This document shows positions 49,490-55,678 of a stretch of DNA of 55,678 nucleotides, in pieces; position 1 is the stretch's first letter, and each line of letters begins with the position of its first letter. Origin of the DNA: Gammaproteobacteria bacterium (GTDB lineage: Bacteria; Pseudomonadota; Gammaproteobacteria; JACCYU01). Both the position numbers and the translations under genes were made by a program. The DNA lies in the NCBI GenBank assembly GCA_013696315.1, contig JACCYU010000078.1, positions 1 to 55,678 on the forward strand, written 5' to 3'. The notes beneath the pieces were generated by a model. The model was not told the DNA's origin and did not search any database. It saw nothing but the letters and a program-made list of their open reading frames with translations.

Positions 49490-50830
49490 CTAAAGCCCCA
49501 GCTTCTTTTCGAGATAATGAATATCCGTGGCGCCTTTCTGGAAGTTCGCGTCCTGCATGATGTCGCGATGCAGCGGGATGTTCGTCTTGATGCCTTCGAT
49601 TACCGCCTCGCTGAGTGCGCCTTTCATGCGGCTGATCGCGGACTCGCGATTCTCGCCGAATGCGATCAGTTTGCCGATCATAGAATCGTAATACGGCGGC
49701 ACCGTGTAGCCGTTATAGACATGGGAATCGACCCGGATACCCGGCCCGCCGGGGCAATGAAACTGCGTAATCACACCCGGCGACGGCATGAAGCTGCGCG
49801 AGTCTTCGGCGTTGATGCGGCACTCGATCGCGTGGCCGCGAATGACCACGTCTTTTTGCCGCATGCTGAGCTTTTCATCGGCGGCGATCAGCAGTTGCTG
49901 TTTGACGATATCGATGCCGGTGATCATCTCGGTCACCGGATGTTCGACCTGCACGCGCGTGTTCATCTCGATGAAGTAAAATTCGCCGTCCTCGAACAGA
50001 AACTCGAAGGTGCCGGCGCTGCGATAACCGATCCGTTTACAGGCATCGACCACCAGTTGGCCCAGTTTGGTGCGCTGCCGATCGGTAAGCTCGGGCGCCG
50101 GCGCCTCTTCGATTATCTTCTGATGGCGGCGTTGCATGGAGCAGTCGCGCTCGCCTAAATGGATAATGTTGCCGTGATTATCGGCCAGCACCTGAAATTC
50201 GACGTGGCGCGGCCGCTCCATATACTTTTCCATGTACACCACGTTGCTGCCGAATGCCGACGTGGACTCCGCGCGCGTGAGCGCGATCGCGTTCAACAGC
50301 GCGCCTTCCCCGTGCACCACTCGCATGCCGCGCCCGCCGCCGCCGCCCGCCGCCTTGATAGTGACCGGATAGCCGATCTGTTTGGCCAGCAGCAGATTGG
50401 TGTCCTGGCTGTCGTCCAGCGAACCCTCGGAACCTGGCACGCAGGGCACGCCCGCCTTGCGCATGGCGTCGCGCGCGGAAATCTTGTCGCCCATCAGACG
50501 GATGGTCTCCGGCCGCGGACCGATAAATTTAAAGCCGCTGGATTCCACCCGCTCGGCGAAGTCGGCGTTCTCCGACAGGAATCCGTAACCCGGATGAATG
50601 GCGACCGCGTCGGTCACCTCGGCGGCGCTGATGATGGCGGGAATATTCAGATAACTTTCGTTCGCGGACGGCGGGCCTATGCAAACGGATTCATCGGCCA
50701 GCTTGACGTGCATCAGCGCGCGATCGACATCCGAATGGACGGCCACGGTCTTGATGCCCAGTTCGCGGCACGCGCGCAGGATGCGCAGCGCGATCTCGCC
50801 GCGATTGGCGATAACGATTTTGTCCAGCAT
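49490..50830 (-). CDS. accC: acetyl-CoA carboxylase biotin carboxylase subunit
   Basis: 446 aa. [24 protein letters not shown]-grasp fold. Confidence 0.97.
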   Translation of the reverse strand: MLDKIVIANRGEIALRILRACRELGIKTVAVHSDVDRALMHVKLADESVCIGPPSANESYLNIPAIISAAEVTDAVAIHPGYGFLSENADFAERVESSGFKFIGPRPETIRLMGDKISARDAMRKAGVPCVPGSEGSLDDSQDTNLLLAKQIGYPVTIKAAGGGGGRGMRVVHGEGALLNAIALTRAESTSAFGSNVVYMEKYMERPRHVEFQVLADNHGNIIHLGERDCSMQRRHQKIIEEAPAPELTDRQRTKLGQLVVDACKRIGYRSAGTFEFLFEDGEFYFIEMNTRVQVEHPVTEMITGIDIVKQQLLIAADEKLSMRQKDVVIRGHAIECRINAEDSRSFMPSPGVITQFHCPGGPGIRVDSHVYNGYTVPPYYDSMIGKLIAFGENRESAISRMKGALSEAVIEGIKTNIPLHRDIMQDANFQKGATDIHYLEKKLGL

Positions 50831-50908
50831 GCGGGCTAAATCTGGGCAACCAGGTGTGTAGACATATCAACCGATGACTGGCAGGCGATAACCCATTAGT
50901 TGGTAATG

Positions 50909-50953
50909 CATTATTCGATGACCCATTATTCGATGAGTCATTACTCAATAACA
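50909..50953. repeat. three 15-bp tandem units reiterating the accB 3' end including its stop codon
   Basis: CATTATTCGATGACC / CATTATTCGATGAGT / CATTACTCAATAACA. In mRNA sense this reads V I E * * L I E * W V I E * C I T N *. Confidence 0.9.
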
Positions 50954-51408
50954 AATAGGCTCTGGCCGAATTCCACCGGCTGGCCGTTTTCCGCCAGCAC
51001 CGCGCTGATCGCGCCGGCTTTGTCGGCCTCGATCTGGTTCAACATCTTCATCGCTTCGATGATGCACAGCGTGTCGCCGACCTCAACATTCTGGCCGATA
51101 TCGACAAACGGTTTGGCGCCCGGTGAAGGCGCGCGATAAAACGTGCCGACCATGGGGGAGGTGACCCGATGTCCGGTAATCGCCGGCTCTACCGTTTCCG
51201 CGTCAGTGGATGAGGGCGCGGCGGGACGCCCCTGAGTTTCGCCCACAGGATGCGACGATGCGCCGCCCGAAATATAAATTGGTGTGCCGGCGGGTGGCGG
51301 TCGCTCACGACTGACGCGCACCCACTCCTCGCCCTCCCTGATTTCGATTTCCGCGACACCCGACTCGTTGAGCAGTTCGATCAGCTTTCTGATTTTTCGA
51401 ATATCCAT
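50941..51408 (-). CDS. accB: acetyl-CoA carboxylase biotin carboxyl carrier protein
   Basis: 155 aa with the biotinylation motif [14 protein letters not shown]. Confidence 0.95.
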   Translation of the reverse strand: MDIRKIRKLIELLNESGVAEIEIREGEEWVRVSRERPPPAGTPIYISGGASSHPVGETQGRPAAPSSTDAETVEPAITGHRVTSPMVGTFYRAPSPGAKPFVDIGQNVEVGDTLCIIEAMKMLNQIEADKAGAISAVLAENGQPVEFGQSLFVIE

Positions 51409-51479
51409 GATGTTCCCAGTTCAACGTTGCGCGAAACGTCGCGGATTCTCACTCGCTAGTCCGGTTATTGTCGTTCAGG

Positions 51480-51923
51480 TTAATGGGATTTCAAGGCGTC
51501 GATGACCGCTGTCAGCGCGAGTTCGTATCCCCTGGCGCCCAAACCCGCGATCACAGCCACCGCGATGTCCGACAGATACGAATGACGGCGAAACGCCTCG
51601 CGTGCGTGGATGTTGGTGATGTGAACCTCGATAAACGGAACTTCCGCCGCCAGCAGTGCGTCGCGCAGGGCAATGCTCGTGTGGGTGAACGCGCCCGGAT
51701 TGAAGATTATGAATGCCGTGCCGTCACTACGCGCTGCGTGAATGCGCTCGATCAACTCATGTTCCGCGTTACTTTGCAGCGCACTGAGCACATGTCCGGC
51801 GGACTGCGCCTGGCCCTTGAGCGTAGCGCCAATCGATTCCAGGGTGGCGGCCCCGTAACGCTCCGGCTCGCGCGTCCCCAGCAGATTCAGGTTGGGCCCG
51901 TTTAGCAGCAGTATTTTTGCCAT
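51480..51923 (-). CDS. aroQ: type II 3-dehydroquinate dehydratase
   Basis: 147 aa. [21 protein letters not shown], and [12 protein letters not shown]. Confidence 0.95.
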   Translation of the reverse strand: MAKILLLNGPNLNLLGTREPERYGAATLESIGATLKGQAQSAGHVLSALQSNAEHELIERIHAARSDGTAFIIFNPGAFTHTSIALRDALLAAEVPFIEVHITNIHAREAFRRHSYLSDIAVAVIAGLGARGYELALTAVIDALKSH

Positions 51924-52136
51924 TCCTAGATAATCTTCGTCAATGGCTGATGATGGATGACTTGATGTTATACGAGCGCACCGGATTGTGCACGACCCTT
52001 TCCGTCATGTCCAGATTGCTGCCGTTGGCTGCAACTTCGCGTCAGAATGGGCGAAATATGACTTAAATAGCGGGGGAATCTACACCGCCACGGCCTGTTA
52101 CACGCGCATGTTCGGGCGGTCGCGGTTGAGCGAGGT

Positions 52137-52700
52137 TCACAGCAGCTTCGATAACTCGTCAATGAGTTCCCGTCTGCTCAGACGCCCCGCCTTGATGAAA
52201 CGAATCACGCCGTCGCGGTCGATCAGCACACTGTGCGGCAAGCCACCGGAAGCGTTGCCGTATCGATCCGCGATGGCTATGGCGTTTTCGTGGCCAATGA
52301 GTTGCGGGTAGTCCGCACCGATTTCTTCAATGAAGCGCGCGACTGCCCGCGGCCGGTCCAGCGCCACGCCGACCACCTGGAACCCGCGCGCGCCGAACTC
52401 AATTTGCGTTTGCGCGAACTCGGGCATTTCTTCGCGGCACGGCGGACACCAGGTGGCCCAGAAATTCAGCAATATGACCTTGCCGTCCCAGCGGCTGATC
52501 GATACGGGCCGGCCATCGAGATCAGGCAGTCTAAACGCCGGACGCGGTGCGCCCAGCAGATCCTGCGGCGCTTCAGGCGCCACTGCCACTGATGGTGATG
52601 TCGCGGGTTGCGGGGCGCGTGACCATTGATAAATGGAAAAACCCGCGAGCGCCGCGCCCAGCGCCACCAGCAGGTAAGCGACTGGAATACCGCGTGTCAC
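52137..52700 (-). CDS. TlpA-family membrane-anchored thiol:disulfide oxidoreductase
   Basis: 187 aa with one N-terminal transmembrane helix and a thioredoxin fold carrying WATWCPPC. Confidence 0.85.
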   Translation of the reverse strand: MTRGIPVAYLLVALGAALAGFSIYQWSRAPQPATSPSVAVAPEAPQDLLGAPRPAFRLPDLDGRPVSISRWDGKVILLNFWATWCPPCREEMPEFAQTQIEFGARGFQVVGVALDRPRAVARFIEEIGADYPQLIGHENAIAIADRYGNASGGLPHSVLIDRDGVIRFIKAGRLSRRELIDELSKLL

Positions 52701-53371
52701 GGGCGCGCTAACCGCGAAGCTGCCGTTAACGCAGCGCGGCCAAGGCCGTGGCGGGCGATGACGCGGCTGTGCGTCCCCGGCGGGTTACTGAACGTCGCGT
52801 CCGCGTCACCGTTCGGGGCAGCGGCGGGAACGCGCAGGCGTACCTGTTTGTCGATCGGCGGGCAGCAGATGCCGGCCTCGGCGCAGCCCTGATATCTTAC
52901 ATTCAATGTGATGGTGCGCGCGGCGGTGGTATCGCGCCGCAGGGGCAACGTGATTTCCAGCAGTTCCCGCGTGTAGATCTCGACTCTGCCGAAGTACTCG
53001 TCTTCCTCCATTTCGCCTGCGGGGAATTCCGCACTGCCCAGCCTTACGCCATTGCCCCGCAAGCTGAATCGCAGCTTGTCCCGGTAAAGGTAGTAGCCCT
53101 GCGCGATCTGCCAGGACGCGAGCAGGCTGGACGCATTCCGTGTGGTAACGTTCAGTTTGAACGCCTCGTCCGCCGGTAGAAACTCCGGTTGCCCGCCGCC
53201 GAACAGCTTGCCCAGCGCATCAAACGGGTTCGCGCCGGCCGCGAGGTTTGTATGCTGCGCCGATGCCGGTTCATTCGGCGCGGACAGCGCGAGGCACAGC
53301 AGCAGGATACATAGCGCCGCCGTCCATTTCCGATGTGTGTTGCTCAGGCTGTAGTCTGCGCCGCGATCCAT
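52697..53371 (-). CDS. DsbD N-terminal (alpha) domain-only periplasmic protein
   Basis: 224 aa. Signal peptide, FLPADEAFKL, YYLYRDKL, and YQGCAEAGICCPP, which are the DsbD-alpha hallmarks. No transmembrane (beta) or thioredoxin (gamma) domain follows. ATGA-type 4-nt overlap with the tlpA-like gene. Confidence 0.75.
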   Translation of the reverse strand: MDRGADYSLSNTHRKWTAALCILLLCLALSAPNEPASAQHTNLAAGANPFDALGKLFGGGQPEFLPADEAFKLNVTTRNASSLLASWQIAQGYYLYRDKLRFSLRGNGVRLGSAEFPAGEMEEDEYFGRVEIYTRELLEITLPLRRDTTAARTITLNVRYQGCAEAGICCPPIDKQVRLRVPAAAPNGDADATFSNPPGTHSRVIARHGLGRAALTAASRLARP

Positions 53372-53676
53372 TCGAGATACCCGTCAAGTCCCCGCGCGAT
53401 TGGAGTCGCGATAATTTCCGGAAGTTCATAAGGGTGCGCGTCCCGAATGGCGCTCTCCAGCGCCGGATAGCGTGCAGCCGTGGTTTTCATGAGCAATAGA
53501 TGCTCGGTATCGGTACGCGCCTCGCTCTGCCACTCGTAGACGGATGTCATCTGCGGGAGCACGTTAACGCAGGCGGCGAGCTTTTGCCGCACGATGTGCT
53601 TGGCCGCAAGCAGCGCTGATTCGGCATCGGGATAGGTCGCAAAAACGAGTAGTGAGTCAGTCATAATCGAACGCAA
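53344..53676 (-). CDS. cutA: divalent-cation tolerance protein CutA
   Basis: 110 aa. LVFATYPDAESA...KLAACVNVLP...SVYEWQ is the CutA pattern, and the gene sits upstream of dsbD-like genes as in E. coli. Confidence 0.88.
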   Translation of the reverse strand: MRSIMTDSLLVFATYPDAESALLAAKHIVRQKLAACVNVLPQMTSVYEWQSEARTDTEHLLLMKTTAARYPALESAIRDAHPYELPEIIATPIARGLDGYLEWIAAQTTA

Positions 53677-53763
53677 AATAACGGGTTTACAACGGAGACA
53701 TTGAATTGGCGCGTTCCGGCCCCATGTTTACATGTCAGTGAATTTCATCTTATCTGATTTTCG

Positions 53764-54240
53764 ATGCGACCTTTCCCATTATTAGCCGCGGCGCTGATCG
53801 GCGTGCCGCTGCTGGAAATCTACCTTTTCATCAAAGTTGGCGGCGTCATCGGCGCGTTCCCGACGATTGTGCTCACCGTGCTGACCGCGGTCTTCGGCGC
53901 GATGCTGGTGCGCGCGCAAGGCACTGCCGCGCTGCGGCGCGCGCAGGCGAGTCTGCGGCGCGACGAGATGCCGGCGCGCGAATTGCTAGAAGCCGCCGCG
54001 CTGCTGGTGGGTGGCGTGTTGCTCGTGATTCCCGGTTTTTTCACCGATGCGATTGGATTTTTGATCCTGTGGCCGGCCAGCCGCGCGTTCCTGCTTAGCC
54101 GCCTGTTGCCGCGCATGCGGATCGTCGCCGTGCACAATGTAAACCGTCCGGCGAAGAGGGTAAACGGGCCCGCGAGGGGGCCGACGGCGGGAACCGGCCG
54201 CGTAATCGAGGGTGAATCCAGGCGTAAACCGGAGAATTAA
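53764..54240 (+). CDS. fxsA: FxsA family inner-membrane protein
   Basis: 158 aa. LLEIYLFIKVGGVIGAFPTIVLTVLTAVFGAMLVRAQG and PGFFTDAIGFLIL are FxsA signatures. Confidence 0.85.
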   Translation: MRPFPLLAAALIGVPLLEIYLFIKVGGVIGAFPTIVLTVLTAVFGAMLVRAQGTAALRRAQASLRRDEMPARELLEAAALLVGGVLLVIPGFFTDAIGFLILWPASRAFLLSRLLPRMRIVAVHNVNRPAKRVNGPARGPTAGTGRVIEGESRRKPEN

Positions 54241-54247
54241 TCGTGCG

Positions 54248-54274
54248 CTTGACAAGCCGCTGGCCGCCATTATG
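54248..54274 (+). promoter_or_regulatory. candidate sigma-32 heat-shock promoter of groESL
   Basis: CTTGACA-N12-CCATTAT, compared with consensus CTTGAAA-N13-15-CCCCATNT. It lies about 100 nt upstream of groES. Confidence 0.45.
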
Positions 54275-54372
54275 ATTGGCACTCACCGTCGGCGACTGCC
54301 AGCAAGGGCATCGCCAGTTCACAATAAAGTTCGACAGTTCAACAAGCTTGGTAAATTTCAGGAGTTTTGCCT

Positions 54373-54663
54373 ATGAATATCCGTCCCCTTCACGATCGAG
54401 TCATAATCAAACGTATGGAAGAAGAGAGAACCAGTCCCGGAGGGATCGTAATTCCCGATAGCGCCGCGGAGAAGCCCATCAAGGGCGAAGTCCGAGCCGT
54501 CGGCAACGGCAAGATTCTCGACAGCGGAGAGAAGCGCGCGCTGGATGTGAGTGCCGGCGACAAGGTTCTGTTCGGCAAATATTCCGGGACCGAGGTCAAG
54601 GTGGATGGCGAAGACCTGCTGGTGATGCGCGAAGACGACATCATGGCGGTCATCGACGCCTGA
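54373..54663 (+). CDS. groES: co-chaperonin GroES
   Basis: ATG 54373 lies after [35 protein letters not shown]. 96 aa. Confidence 0.97.
   Translation: MNIRPLHDRVIIKRMEEERTSPGGIVIPDSAAEKPIKGEVRAVGNGKILDSGEKRALDVSAGDKVLFGKYSGTEVKVDGEDLLVMREDDIMAVIDA

Positions 54664-55678
<1,015 letters not shown>

Overview
A 55.7-kb chromosomal window from a high-GC, Gammaproteobacteria-type genome. All calls come from reading the supplied ORF translations and the raw DNA and comparing motifs from memory. No searches or alignments were run.

Most of the window is housekeeping and shows classical synteny:
- An iron(III) ABC importer, then glnE, ilvE and a zf-CHCC gene.
- A lipopolysaccharide (LPS) inner-core cluster: waaL-like ligase, methyltransferase, GT4 and GT9, then hldE-hldD-waaF-GT9-DUF6165-kdkA and convergent waaA.
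- tolC plus a pcm-like gene, and a TPP riboswitch upstream of thiC.
- cca, rhlB-trxA-rho, and purD-(AEC)-purH-fis-(no dusB)-prmA-accC-accB-aroQ.
- tlpA, a DsbD alpha-domain-only gene, cutA, fxsA and groES-groEL. groEL runs off the right edge.

The accessory part is a lower-GC islet of about 6.7 kb (10217-16902) wedged into the LPS core locus. It carries three toxin-antitoxin-type modules: DUF4258/DUF2283, a nonsense-mutated hicB, and vapB with a decayed vapC. It also carries a translationally coupled two-gene operon, which is the best candidate for an undescribed system. That operon encodes a 502-aa protein of unrecognised fold with a strongly acidic core, followed by a 939-aa SNF2 ATPase with RapA-like architecture.

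A second unexplained module is a MotA/ExbB-like plus MotB-like pair (31214-33723). Its B subunit carries about 350 aa of predicted coiled coil.

Other observations:
- a decayed sigma-54 activator pseudogene
- a prmA frameshift in a G5 run
- several 13-15-bp tandem duplications at gene boundaries, two of which reiterate stop codons in frame
- a duplicated Shine-Dalgarno/anti-Shine-Dalgarno hairpin
- a weak ZTP-riboswitch-like leader upstream of purH

No rRNA, tRNA, CRISPR array, transposase or integrase was seen.
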